DNA of 46,977 nucleotides from an uncultured Dehalococcoidales bacterium (lineage in GTDB: Bacteria; Chloroflexota; Dehalococcoidia; Dehalococcoidales; BS750m-G39): the NCBI GenBank assembly GCA_964456815.1, contig CAYWCO010000001.1, positions 1 through 46,977 of the forward strand, read 5' to 3'. Positions 16,967-26,470 of the stretch are shown one piece after another. The notes below the pieces were generated by a model. The model did not search any database. It saw nothing but the letters and a program-made list of their open reading frames with translations, and was not told where the DNA came from. The first letter of the stretch is position 1. The number at the start of each line of letters is the position of its first letter. Both the position numbers and the translations under genes were made by a program.

Positions 16967-18817
16967 TCAAACGCCTATTTCCTGCGCCGCCTTTTCCAAC
17001 CCCAAGTCCATGAGTTTCTTTCTAGTCGGAACTCCATCCTTACTCCAGCCGCGTAGCTGGTAATAAGCATCTACCGCTTCCTCAAATTTTTCCCGGCTTA
17101 TCTTATGCCCCTCACCGGGTCCTTTAGGCATAGGTTCTTCAAAGACCCTGCCTGGTAGAATATCATCTTTTTTGGATATATTCCCTTCCCTGACATTAAA
17201 TGCCCTTATTAGCTGCTCCGTTCTTTCCCCAACGAGCAGGAATTCGTCCATGCTGATGTCAGAGCCGAGGGCACCATTCAACAGGCTTAGGTGAATTTCC
17301 GGCGGGAGAAAGTTGAAAATACAGCTGATAAGAGTCTCACGCGCCGTAGCCAGGTCTTCGGTGTCCTTTACTATCTTTGGCTTTCCCTCAAGGGTGAATC
17401 TATCAGGAACCTCAGGCGCTCCAGAGAATTCGATAAAGTCAACGTCAGAGCTCAAGTGACAGGCACCTCTGTCGCTAACAGCAAAACTGAATCCATGTCC
17501 CTGGGCACCCCTTATATCCCAGGCGGCGGGGAAGGCCAGTCCCTTTACCTGCATGGCAAATTTTTCTGAACCACGGCCAATCTTATCAGCCATCGCCTTT
17601 GTGCCCTGGGCGAGTAACTTGCCAAGACCTTTTCTATAGGCTATGTCCGTTACCATCTCGAGGGCAGCTTGCTCATTCCCAAACCGTACCTCCGAACCAC
17701 CAGTATCTTCCTGGGACATTAATCCTTTCTCATAGCATTCCATAACAAAGGACACTGCATTTCCGGTTTGAATCGTGTCCATTCCCATTTTGTCGCAGAG
17801 TAAGCCCAGATAGGCTATGGTCTCGTAATCGGTTATTCCGATATTCGGACCCAGTAGCATGAGGGTTTCAAATTCAGTTTCGGCGCTAAATTTGCCCCAT
17901 TTCCCACCGGTTATTCTAACCAGCTTCTCGCAGGCTATCGGGCATCTATAGCAGGACAGGCGTTCAGGCTTATACCTCGCCTCTATCGCCGGTCCGGAAA
18001 ACCGCTCAGCCACTTCTTCTTCCATAACCCCGGTTGAGTAATTTTTGACGGTGGCAATGCCCATGGCTTGAGCCATAGGTATCATGGTTAGTGTCCCGTA
18101 TTTACTTAAGCCCTCTTGTATTACCTTATTATTCCTGATGTTCTCATTGGCTGCCCTCACTGCCTCCCTAAAACTGCTTTCGTCAGCTACCTTAGCCTTA
18201 CCCGTTCCCTTGACTACAATTGCTTTCAGGTTCTTAGAGCCCATTACCGCCCCTATTCCCCCTCTGCCAGCCTGCCGGTAAATCTGATGACATACACAAG
18301 CATGACTTATCAGATTTTCTCCAGCCGGTCCTATGGAGGCAATCTGCACGTCTCTACCGAACCTATCTTTCAGAGCTTTCTCGGTTTCCACTACATCCTT
18401 GCCCCACAGGTCAGTGGCGTCTTCGATTTTGACCTCTTCGTCATTAATGTAGACGCATACCGGTTTTTCCGCCTTTCCTCTTACGGTCACAAGATCGTAG
18501 CCAGCAAATCTAATTCCGGGACCCAAGCTTCCCCCCACATAACTATCAATAAATATTCCGGTTAAGGGAGACTTGGTGGCAAATGCGGTCTTGGCAAAGG
18601 CGGGGGCACTTGTCCCGACAAGAGGGCCCGTCACCATGACCAAAACATTATCTGGGCTTAAGGGATTTGTCCCCGGCTTTAGCTCATCATAAAGTACCTT
18701 GGCGGCAAACCCCTTGCCACCGATAAAGTTTTTAAGAACATCCTCCTCAATTTTCCCCTTGGTTACTTCCTTGGCAGACAAGTCTATGGTTAGCCGTTTT
18801 CCGTAGCTCTCAGTCAT
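16967..18817 (-). CDS. aor: Tungsten-type aldehyde:ferredoxin oxidoreductase
   Basis: 616 aa with the AFOR N and C domains and CYRCPIAC (C-x2-C-x3-C) cluster ligands. Confidence 0.9.
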   Translation of the reverse strand: MTESYGKRLTIDLSAKEVTKGKIEEDVLKNFIGGKGFAAKVLYDELKPGTNPLSPDNVLVMVTGPLVGTSAPAFAKTAFATKSPLTGIFIDSYVGGSLGPGIRFAGYDLVTVRGKAEKPVCVYINDEEVKIEDATDLWGKDVVETEKALKDRFGRDVQIASIGPAGENLISHACVCHQIYRQAGRGGIGAVMGSKNLKAIVVKGTGKAKVADESSFREAVRAANENIRNNKVIQEGLSKYGTLTMIPMAQAMGIATVKNYSTGVMEEEVAERFSGPAIEARYKPERLSCYRCPIACEKLVRITGGKWGKFSAETEFETLMLLGPNIGITDYETIAYLGLLCDKMGMDTIQTGNAVSFVMECYEKGLMSQEDTGGSEVRFGNEQAALEMVTDIAYRKGLGKLLAQGTKAMADKIGRGSEKFAMQVKGLAFPAAWDIRGAQGHGFSFAVSDRGACHLSSDVDFIEFSGAPEVPDRFTLEGKPKIVKDTEDLATARETLISCIFNFLPPEIHLSLLNGALGSDISMDEFLLVGERTEQLIRAFNVREGNISKKDDILPGRVFEEPMPKGPGEGHKISREKFEEAVDAYYQLRGWSKDGVPTRKKLMDLGLEKAAQEIGV

Positions 18818-18847
18818 TGTTCCCCCCCTTTTTTTATAGTATGTGGT

Positions 18848-19567
18848 TTATCCTCCCAGGTATGCCCTCTTGACAATCTCGCTACCTTTAAAGGCATCGA
18901 TGTTCCCCTCTAGAACTACTTTGCCAACCTGTAGCGCATAAGCCCTCTCGGCCACCCGGAGGGCTAAGGGAACATTTTGCTCCACCAGAAGAACACCGAC
19001 ACCGCTTTGATTAATGTTTTTAATGATAGGAACCAGTTCATCAACCAGTTTAGGAGCCAATCCCAGCGAAGGCTCGTCCATCAAAAGTAGCTTTGGTTTG
19101 GCCATTAAGCCACGGGCAATAGCTAACATCTGCTGTTCGCCACCGCTTAAGGTTCCCGCTTTTTGATTACGCCTCTCCCATAATATAGGGAAGTGCTCAA
19201 AGACCCCCTTCATGTCCTTCTCTATGCCAGCCCTGTCCTTTCGCAGGCTGGCACCAAGTTTAAGATTGCTCAAAACAGTAAGATAAGGGAAAAGCCTTCG
19301 TCCTTCAGGAATATGGACTAGGCCAAGATTCACAATATGATAAGGTGGCATCCTATCTATCCTTCTATCCAGAAACCATATTTCCCCTGAGGTTAACGGT
19401 GTTAACCCGGACAAGGCTTTCAAAATGGTGCTTTTGCCAGCGCCGTTAGCCCCAATAATGGTAACTACAGTTCCCTCAGCAACTTCCAGGGACACACTGT
19501 CTACTGCCGTGGCTTTCCCGTAGTGCACCGATATATCTTTTACTCTAAGCAGCATGCTCACTCCCAA
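18848..19567 (-). CDS. livF: Branched-chain amino-acid ABC transporter ATP-binding protein
   Basis: Walker A GANGAGKST and LSGGEQQ signature. The likely true start is the M at 19555. Confidence 0.88.
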   Translation of the reverse strand: MGVSMLLRVKDISVHYGKATAVDSVSLEVAEGTVVTIIGANGAGKSTILKALSGLTPLTSGEIWFLDRRIDRMPPYHIVNLGLVHIPEGRRLFPYLTVLSNLKLGASLRKDRAGIEKDMKGVFEHFPILWERRNQKAGTLSGGEQQMLAIARGLMAKPKLLLMDEPSLGLAPKLVDELVPIIKNINQSGVGVLLVEQNVPLALRVAERAYALQVGKVVLEGNIDAFKGSEIVKRAYLGG

Positions 19568-20372
19568 AGTAGGCTTGGATTACATCCTCATCCCGCCTCA
19601 CTTCTTCAGGCAAGCCTTCGGCAATCTTCTGCCCGAAATTCAGTACTATAACCCTGTCACATAAGCTCATGAACTCCATATTGTGCTCAACCAACAGGAT
19701 GGTGGTCCCTTGCGACTGTATTTTCTCAAAGACTCCGAGTGAAAAAACAATCTCGTCACGGGTCATCCCGGCTATCGGCTCATCAAGTAACAGCAGTTTC
19801 GGCTTAACCGCCAGGGCTCTGGCCACACCAAGTACCTTCTGGTAGCCGTGGGGTAGATTCTTGGCAAGTTCATCTTTTACTTTATCTAGCCCAACGAGCT
19901 GCAAGATTTCCATTGCCTGGTTTGAGATATATTCCTCTTTCTTGCGGTATCCAGGGGTATTCAACGCAGCCTCCCAGAAGCTGAACTTTGGATATAAATA
20001 GAATGATGCCACTAAATTTTCCATTACCGTGAAATCAGCAAAAAGATAGGCGGCTTGAAAAGTGCGGCCTATTCCTATCTTGGCAGCTAAATGTGGCTTC
20101 TTGCCAGTAATATCTTCCCCGTCAAATATTATCTTGCCTCCTGAGGGGCGGAGAACACCGGTTATCAAATTGAAAACGGTTGTTTTCCCGGCGCCATTAG
20201 GGCCGATGATGCCAACAATCTCTCCCCGGTTGACGTGCATGTCCAGTCGCGAGACAGCCGCTAATCCACCGAAATACTTGGTTAATCCCCTGGTTTCAAG
20301 CAACACTTCCGGGTACCTTTCTGTTACGGACTTCTCCATACTTTGCTCTAATCTGATCGAACAGACCGGCAA
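19545..20372 (-). CDS. livG: Branched-chain amino-acid ABC transporter ATP-binding protein
   Basis: GPNGAGKTT and a LivG-type C-terminal extension. The likely start is MEKSV at 20339. Confidence 0.88.
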   Translation of the reverse strand: MPVCSIRLEQSMEKSVTERYPEVLLETRGLTKYFGGLAAVSRLDMHVNRGEIVGIIGPNGAGKTTVFNLITGVLRPSGGKIIFDGEDITGKKPHLAAKIGIGRTFQAAYLFADFTVMENLVASFYLYPKFSFWEAALNTPGYRKKEEYISNQAMEILQLVGLDKVKDELAKNLPHGYQKVLGVARALAVKPKLLLLDEPIAGMTRDEIVFSLGVFEKIQSQGTTILLVEHNMEFMSLCDRVIVLNFGQKIAEGLPEEVRRDEDVIQAYFGSEHAA

Positions 20373-21333
20373 TGCCCTGAGGCATTAAAAAGACCACGAG
20401 TAACATTATAGCTCCCAGAATAAGAGGAGCATACTCTCTCAACCCGCGGAAAAATTCGAGGACCAAGACCAGAATAGCCGTTCCGATAATAGGTCCGGCG
20501 AATTTATCGCGACCACCTACCAGCATATACATCACCAGGAATATGCTTGGTAGAAAACTAAAAGTGCCGGGTGCCAGTACCAGATTGTAATGGGCATAGC
20601 TGGCACCAGCAATACCGGCAAAAAAACAGCCTACCGCCAGGGCAAGGACTCTAAAGCCGGCCTCATTAATGCCGACGCTGGATGCCACAAAATGGGATTG
20701 GGCAATAGCCTTCCAGGTCATGCCGACACGAGAGTGCTCAATCCTATATAGAACCAAAAGGCAGACTATAGTTAGCACCAGGGTAAAATAATAGTATGGC
20801 ACCTTCTGGCCAACAAAAGTTATATTTACCAAGCCGGGAATATTGATGGGGTCTAGAGGAGGGATGCCAGCGAGGCCGGCAGCACCGGTCCATTTCTGGG
20901 CTACTCTTATTAAAGCCACTATGGCTATTCCCCCAAAAAGGCTCACCATGGAAAAGTAGATTGCCCTTACCCTGGTAAACGGGTAACCCACTAAAATCGC
21001 GACCATCATCGCCGCTAATCCCCCCAGCGGTATGGTAAGCCAGGGTGAAAAGCCCAGCTCTTTTGATACCACACCGGAAAAGTAAGCGCCAATACCCATG
21101 AAGGCAGCATGGGCGACAGACACCTGACCGGAAAGGGCTATGGTGCGCAGGCTGCTAACGACAATGATATATAGCATCGTTATAATGAAAATGTGAATAT
21201 AGTAAGGCTTTTGGATAATTAAGGGGATTAGGAATAAAAGGATTATAAAAATGGCAAAACCAGCCGGCTTGGTTAGATTCCTAATCCCCTTCATCAAAAA
21301 CATCCTTGAAACATATTTATGCCTCGTGGCCAA
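20296..21333 (-). CDS. livM: Branched-chain amino-acid ABC permease
   Basis: Polytopic LivM-like protein in a contiguous operon. Start is uncertain (internal M at 21303 or 21294). Confidence 0.85.
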   Translation of the reverse strand: MATRHKYVSRMFLMKGIRNLTKPAGFAIFIILLFLIPLIIQKPYYIHIFIITMLYIIVVSSLRTIALSGQVSVAHAAFMGIGAYFSGVVSKELGFSPWLTIPLGGLAAMMVAILVGYPFTRVRAIYFSMVSLFGGIAIVALIRVAQKWTGAAGLAGIPPLDPINIPGLVNITFVGQKVPYYYFTLVLTIVCLLVLYRIEHSRVGMTWKAIAQSHFVASSVGINEAGFRVLALAVGCFFAGIAGASYAHYNLVLAPGTFSFLPSIFLVMYMLVGGRDKFAGPIIGTAILVLVLEFFRGLREYAPLILGAIMLLVVFLMPQGIAGLFDQIRAKYGEVRNRKVPGSVA

Positions 21334-22180
21334 ACAGACCTTGGGGTCTAAAGAGCAGGATAGTGATCACTATGCCGAGGCCAATGGCATCAGTGGCACT
21401 GCCGCTTATAAAGAGGGGTAAAGAGGCATCTATAGTACCCAGAATCAGCCCGGCACCGAGGACACCGCCAATACTACCTATCCCAGCCAGGATGACTATT
21501 TCAATTGCTTTTACCAGCATCTGGTCTCCCATATAGGGGCTTAAACTGACTATGGCACCCATTAAGCTGCCAGCTACCGCTGCCAAGGCACAGGCTATCA
21601 CAGTGGCAACGGCAGAAACGCGATAGATATTAATCCCTTGCAGGACAGCACCGATAGAGTCCTGAGAAACGGCCAGCATTTGCTGGCCTATCCTAGTCTT
21701 CCGTATGAAAAAGATAAGCGCTAGCAGTAGGACGGCAGCGATAATGAAGGTTACTACCCTCTCGACACTAACTGAGACACCCCCGCTCCGGATAACACCT
21801 GAGGCAAAGGCGGGTAGGGCTCTCACCTGAGTGCCCACCAATATGTTGACTGCGGACTCCAGAATTACAATTAAGGCAAGCGTCATGACTATGGTGCGGT
21901 TGACATCCCCAAAAAATGGGCGGAAACAAAACCTCTCAAGGAACAGCCCGAATGCCCCCATTATTAATGCGGCCAGCACCAAGGACAGCCACTGGTCCAA
22001 GCCATATACTATCGCCAGTTGATAGCAAGCATAACCACCAACCATGTAGATGACGGCATGGGCAAAATTTAGAACGCGCATGACGCTAAGCATGAGAGCA
22101 AAACCAAGCGCCATCAAGATGTATATTGATGACAGCATCAAGGCATTTACGCCAACTTGCGCCAGTAATTCTGGGTCCAA
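21317..22180 (-). CDS. livH: Branched-chain amino-acid ABC permease
   Basis: Polytopic LivH-like protein, 287 aa. Confidence 0.85.
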   Translation of the reverse strand: MDPELLAQVGVNALMLSSIYILMALGFALMLSVMRVLNFAHAVIYMVGGYACYQLAIVYGLDQWLSLVLAALIMGAFGLFLERFCFRPFFGDVNRTIVMTLALIVILESAVNILVGTQVRALPAFASGVIRSGGVSVSVERVVTFIIAAVLLLALIFFIRKTRIGQQMLAVSQDSIGAVLQGINIYRVSAVATVIACALAAVAGSLMGAIVSLSPYMGDQMLVKAIEIVILAGIGSIGGVLGAGLILGTIDASLPLFISGSATDAIGLGIVITILLFRPQGLFGHEA

Positions 22181-22269
22181 ATCGTTCTTATCTTTCTAGC
22201 TTTTCGCCTTATTGGCTATCTTGCAGGAGAGGATCCTCCCCCACAAGATAGCCATACAGCACAACTAAC

Positions 22270-23469
22270 CTATGGCAGAGGTACTTCCTGCCATTTAACC
22301 CAGACCACCTCTCCATCCTGAAGGGCGGACAATGGCATCGGGTAGCTTACAGTGTGGTTGATGCCATAGGTGCTCAGCCCACCTATCCTCCCCGACCCAT
22401 ATGCGGCATCGATTGAGGTCATCTGCTCCCAGGAATCCTTGACCACAGCAGGGTCAAGGCTCTGTGCCTCCTCAATAGCCTGGGTAAGACAATAGCAAGC
22501 ATTCCAACCCCAGACATGTGTTGGTGACGCTTTGCCATATGTGGCTTCGCCCCGGCTGGCGATTTCCCTTATCATGTCAGTCATCTCAGGGTCATCCATC
22601 TTTACATTATGGACATAAAACTCTGTAGATGCCTCTACGCCGGCAACCTCACGGATATCATAGGGGTCTTCATGACAGGCGAACACCGGGCCGGTGAAGC
22701 CCAACTCCCTGGCTGCTTTGAGCATAGCCCCCATGTGTATTGGCCAGCCGTTGATGAGGAATATAGCGTCGGGCTCAGGGGCAAGGGCATTGACGACAAA
22801 TGTGGTGAAGTCGGTTGTGTCCAGAGGCCATAACACCCAGCCCACTTTCTCAAGCCCCTCGGCGGCAGCCTTTTGGTCAAATACTGGCTCAAAAAAGGCA
22901 GGAGCCCCATCATCCGGGGTGAGAACGGAGATAGTTGTGAGGTCGGGGTAAGCCTCTTTCATATATTGCATATTGGGGGTCATATAGTCCAAGGTGGTGT
23001 CATTACAGACGAAGGTGTACGGGGTGTTCGCACCGTATTCATCCGGTGTGCCGCAGTTGTAGTATGCAACACGGATTACCCCGGCCGGTTCGGTGACTGT
23101 CCCCGCAGCTATAACCATGAAAGGCATAACCGTTCCAACAATGAAATCTACCTCATGGTCATAGACAAGCTTGGTCGCCGCGTCTACAGCACCGTCGGCA
23201 CTGCTCTGCCCGTCTTCAACAACAAAATCAATCGTGTATGGCTGCCCATCAATAGTAATCCCGCCTTCCTCATTAATCCATTCCTCGTACAGCTGTACCC
23301 CCTCCCAGATTAGTGCCTCAGACGCCGAGGCAAAGCCAGTCAGAGACATCAAAGCACCAATCTTCAAGGTCTGTGGTTCTTTTTCTTCACAGGCCGCCAT
23401 GAATGGTAACGCGACTAATAATAAAACCAAGAAAACACTCCCCAGTATTATTAATCCTTTCCTTTTCAA
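22270..23469 (-). CDS. Amino-acid ABC substrate-binding lipoprotein (LivK/type-I PBP)
   Basis: TTG start after AAGGAGGG, a signal peptide with lipobox FMAAC, and a Peripla_BP_6-like length. Confidence 0.82.
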   Translation of the reverse strand: MKRKGLIILGSVFLVLLLVALPFMAACEEKEPQTLKIGALMSLTGFASASEALIWEGVQLYEEWINEEGGITIDGQPYTIDFVVEDGQSSADGAVDAATKLVYDHEVDFIVGTVMPFMVIAAGTVTEPAGVIRVAYYNCGTPDEYGANTPYTFVCNDTTLDYMTPNMQYMKEAYPDLTTISVLTPDDGAPAFFEPVFDQKAAAEGLEKVGWVLWPLDTTDFTTFVVNALAPEPDAIFLINGWPIHMGAMLKAARELGFTGPVFACHEDPYDIREVAGVEASTEFYVHNVKMDDPEMTDMIREIASRGEATYGKASPTHVWGWNACYCLTQAIEEAQSLDPAVVKDSWEQMTSIDAAYGSGRIGGLSTYGINHTVSYPMPLSALQDGEVVWVKWQEVPLP

Positions 23470-23564
23470 TTTAGCCCTCCTTTAAATCTTTGAGCTACTG
23501 AACATTAATGAATTAACCCTGTTTATCACCCCCCTTCACTGGTCAACTTCACAAGTCATACTAT

Positions 23565-23614
23565 CACAAAAAGGACACCAGCCACCGCCATATTTAGTTA
23601 GTGGTTCCGTGTCC
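23565..23614 (-). terminator. Candidate intrinsic terminator after the peptide ABC operon
   Basis: Minus strand reads GGACAC-GGAA-CCAC...GTGG-CTG-GTGTCC followed by TTTTTGTG. Confidence 0.4.
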
Positions 23615-23857
23615 TTCTTCATCTACCCACTTCATAAATCAGCACTACATTATGTTATATCAAGGATGTTATATCAATACCATCTCCCGCCTGGTGGTCT
23701 AAGTCTAATCCTTACCTGTGTGATTGTCAATGCCGTATTCTAATTCAGCGGTGGATTTGTGTGCAGGTAAATTCGGGGTATAAATTGCCGCACTATTCCT
23801 GGCACGCATGTGAGGATACAAGGCAAGTTGCTTCTTAAAAATTGCTGTGGGAACAGT

Positions 23858-23929
23858 TCACTTCAGTCCGTGTTGAATGGCGATGACAGCCGCCTGGGTG
23901 CGGTCGGACACACCCAACTTTGCCGGAAC
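23858..23929 (-). pseudogene. Relic of a LuxR/GerE-type HTH C-terminus
   Basis: VPAKLGVSDRTQAAVIAIQHGLK* has no upstream start. An in-frame stop sits 6 codons upstream, and it abuts the stop of the ABC ATPase gene. Confidence 0.5.
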
Positions 23930-23937
23930 TACACTGC

Positions 23938-25641
23938 CTACCTTGATTCAATGGCTCGAGGTAGCTCACTGGATTCGGCTGAGTGCAGGGCTGAGGCGGC
24001 ACTTAGCAGGTTCTTAGTATAGTCTTGCTTCGGAGCGGCTATGATTTCATTTGAGGGCCCCTCTTCGATAACCCTGCCGTCAAGCATCACTGCTATTCGG
24101 TCGCTTACCTTTCGGGCGGCAGCTATATCGTGGGTGATGTAGAGCATACTCAAGCCCCGCTGCTCCTGAAGGTTAAGTAATAGCTTTAAAATCTTAGCCT
24201 GTATACTGGCGTCTAGGAAAGCGGTGGGTTCGTCAGCAATAACTAAAGCCGGGTCCAGCACCAGCGCCCGCGCTATGGCTAAGCGCTGCATCTCGCCGCC
24301 GCTCAAATGGTGAGGGTACTTATTCAGGAAGTCATTGGTCTGGGGCAGCTCCACTTCGCCCAGGACCTTTATTGCTTTGTTTTCCCTCTCCTTCTTGGTT
24401 CCTATTCCCTGAACATCAAGCGGCTCCATCACAGCTTCCAGTGCCGATAGGCGGTGGCTTAGAGATTCGCCGGGATTCTGGAATACCATCTGTACCCTCT
24501 TATAGAAATCCTTTCCCCGATTACCAACCTTGACGCCCTCAAGGTAGACACCACCCTCAGTAGGCTGGTAAAGACCCATAATCGTTTTTGCCAGCGTCGT
24601 CTTCCCCGAGCCAGTTTGTCCCACCAGCGCCAGGGTCTCTCCCGACTCAATGTGCAGGTTCACCGAGTCAACGGCCTTGAGCGAGCCGAAGAACCTGGCT
24701 AAATTCCTGGTTGACAGCAGGGTAATAATGCCGCCCCGGTGGCAGGCGACTTGGCGCCCTTGATGCCGCAGGAGCCGTGGCGTCTTGGTTCGGCAAATGT
24801 CTATTGCCTGCGTACAGCGGGGGTGAAACGGGCAGCCACTTACCGGGCGAGCCATCCTGCCCTTGATGCCCTGGAGGTCTTTCACCGTGGTCATGTTAGG
24901 GTAGGCCCGGATTAAAGCCCTGGTATAGGGGTGCCTCGGCCGGTAGAAAACGTCTCGGGTTAGCCCCGCCTCGATAATCTTACCCCCATAAAGCACAACC
25001 ACCCGCTCCGCCAGCTTGCCCGCGGTATCTAAATCGTGGGTTGCCACCAACCTGGCACTTTGCTTATCTGTTTCTCTAAGCAGGTCTCCAACTTGAGCCC
25101 TGGCGGCGGCATCAAGCGAAGACAGCGGCTCGTCCAGTATCAGCAATTCGGGGTTATTTGCCATCGCCATAGCTAAGAGGACTCTCTGCTGCTCGCCACC
25201 GCTAAGCTGGTGAGGATAGGCGGCAAAGCGGCCTTGGGGAAAGCCAAAATATCTCAGCAGTTCCGCGGCCCTATCCCGGGCTTCCTTCTTGGTCTTCAGC
25301 CCGTGCTCTACCATAGGCTCAATGATTTGATTCAGGACGGTATAAACAGGGTTGAGCACATTGTTGGCATTCTGGAAAGCCATGGCAATCTGGCTCCACC
25401 TTATCTGCTGCATCTCGCTGTCAGATAGCGCCAGGAGGTCTTTCCCCTTAAAGCGTATAGTCCCCCGGACGGTGCCTTCTACCAGGCGCATGATGCTCAA
25501 GCCCAGGGTGGTCTTTCCCGTACCCGACTCCCCAACGATAGCCAGGGTCTCCCCCGGCCCCAGTTCCAGCTCTATTCCATTAAGGACCACGTCCTGACCG
25601 TAACTGACCCTAAGATTTTTAATCTCAAGCAATGCCAACAC
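23938..25641 (-). CDS. Fused double ATPase of a peptide/nickel-type ABC importer (DppD/DppF-like)
   Basis: Two Walker A sites (GESGTGKTT, GQTGSGKTT), two LSGGE(Q/M)QR signatures and an oligopeptide-type C-terminal CPFHPRC motif. Confidence 0.88.
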   Translation of the reverse strand: MLALLEIKNLRVSYGQDVVLNGIELELGPGETLAIVGESGTGKTTLGLSIMRLVEGTVRGTIRFKGKDLLALSDSEMQQIRWSQIAMAFQNANNVLNPVYTVLNQIIEPMVEHGLKTKKEARDRAAELLRYFGFPQGRFAAYPHQLSGGEQQRVLLAMAMANNPELLILDEPLSSLDAAARAQVGDLLRETDKQSARLVATHDLDTAGKLAERVVVLYGGKIIEAGLTRDVFYRPRHPYTRALIRAYPNMTTVKDLQGIKGRMARPVSGCPFHPRCTQAIDICRTKTPRLLRHQGRQVACHRGGIITLLSTRNLARFFGSLKAVDSVNLHIESGETLALVGQTGSGKTTLAKTIMGLYQPTEGGVYLEGVKVGNRGKDFYKRVQMVFQNPGESLSHRLSALEAVMEPLDVQGIGTKKERENKAIKVLGEVELPQTNDFLNKYPHHLSGGEMQRLAIARALVLDPALVIADEPTAFLDASIQAKILKLLLNLQEQRGLSMLYITHDIAAARKVSDRIAVMLDGRVIEEGPSNEIIAAPKQDYTKNLLSAASALHSAESSELPRAIESR

Positions 25642-26470
25642 CTCTCAATCTGGGCTCAATAACCGGTTCGGCGGCATGACCGACGAAGGTCAAGCCAATT
25701 ATGATTAGCGACAAGGCAACGCCGGTAGGGACCAGCCACCACTGCCAGACATCCAGGTAGCTGAAGCTGAGGGCATCACGCATCATCATCCCCCAGCTAA
25801 CCACCGTCGGGTCGCTTATCCCCAGAAAGGCAAGCCCTGCCTCCATGAAAACAGCTCTCCGAACGCCGTAGATGAACTCAACCAGCAGTATCGGCCCCAG
25901 GTCGGGCACTACATGCCGCCAGGCAAGGTAGAGGCGATTAGCCCCGAATGACCTTGCCGCAGCCACATGCCCCCTCTCCTTTAGGGAAAGGGCTTGCGCC
26001 CGCATAATTCTGGCGCCACCCTGCCAGCTCAGCAGTGATAAGAGAAATATAAGGGTTAAGATACCAGGCCTAATGTAGGCTGATATCAGGATAACGACGA
26101 TTATCATGGGAATCACGATAAAGGCATCGACCATCCTCATTACAACCTTTTCGTAAAGCCCGCCGACCAAGGCTGCCGATACACCGAACGCAGTGCCCAG
26201 GAGCGTGGCGAGAGTGCCCACCCCGAACCCGACCAGGAGGGAGGTTCTGGCACCGAAGGCCAGACGGCTCCAGACATCCTGACCAACGTGGTTCGTACCC
26301 AGCCAGTGACTCCAGGACGGCGAAAGCAGGGAGGCGGTTGATTGCTGGTAGGGGTCGTAGGGAGCTAAGACGGGCGCTAGGAGAGCCACCGCTATCATTA
26401 GCAGCAGGATAATGAGTCCGGTCTTGCCGGGACCGCTCTCCTTTATTTCCCTCTTCAGGTCAATATGCAT
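25625..26470 (-). CDS. ABC permease (DppC/NikC-like)
   Basis: BPD_transp_1 layout, 6 TM, overlapping starts and stops within the operon. Confidence 0.85.
   Translation of the reverse strand: MHIDLKREIKESGPGKTGLIILLLMIAVALLAPVLAPYDPYQQSTASLLSPSWSHWLGTNHVGQDVWSRLAFGARTSLLVGFGVGTLATLLGTAFGVSAALVGGLYEKVVMRMVDAFIVIPMIIVVILISAYIRPGILTLIFLLSLLSWQGGARIMRAQALSLKERGHVAAARSFGANRLYLAWRHVVPDLGPILLVEFIYGVRRAVFMEAGLAFLGISDPTVVSWGMMMRDALSFSYLDVWQWWLVPTGVALSLIIIGLTFVGHAAEPVIEPRLRGVGIA

Noticed and set aside
23832-23838. Single TTCTTAA heptamer near the LuxR relic.
   Set aside because: No partner repeat sits 11 bp away and no -10 follows. A single AT-rich 7-mer is expected by chance.
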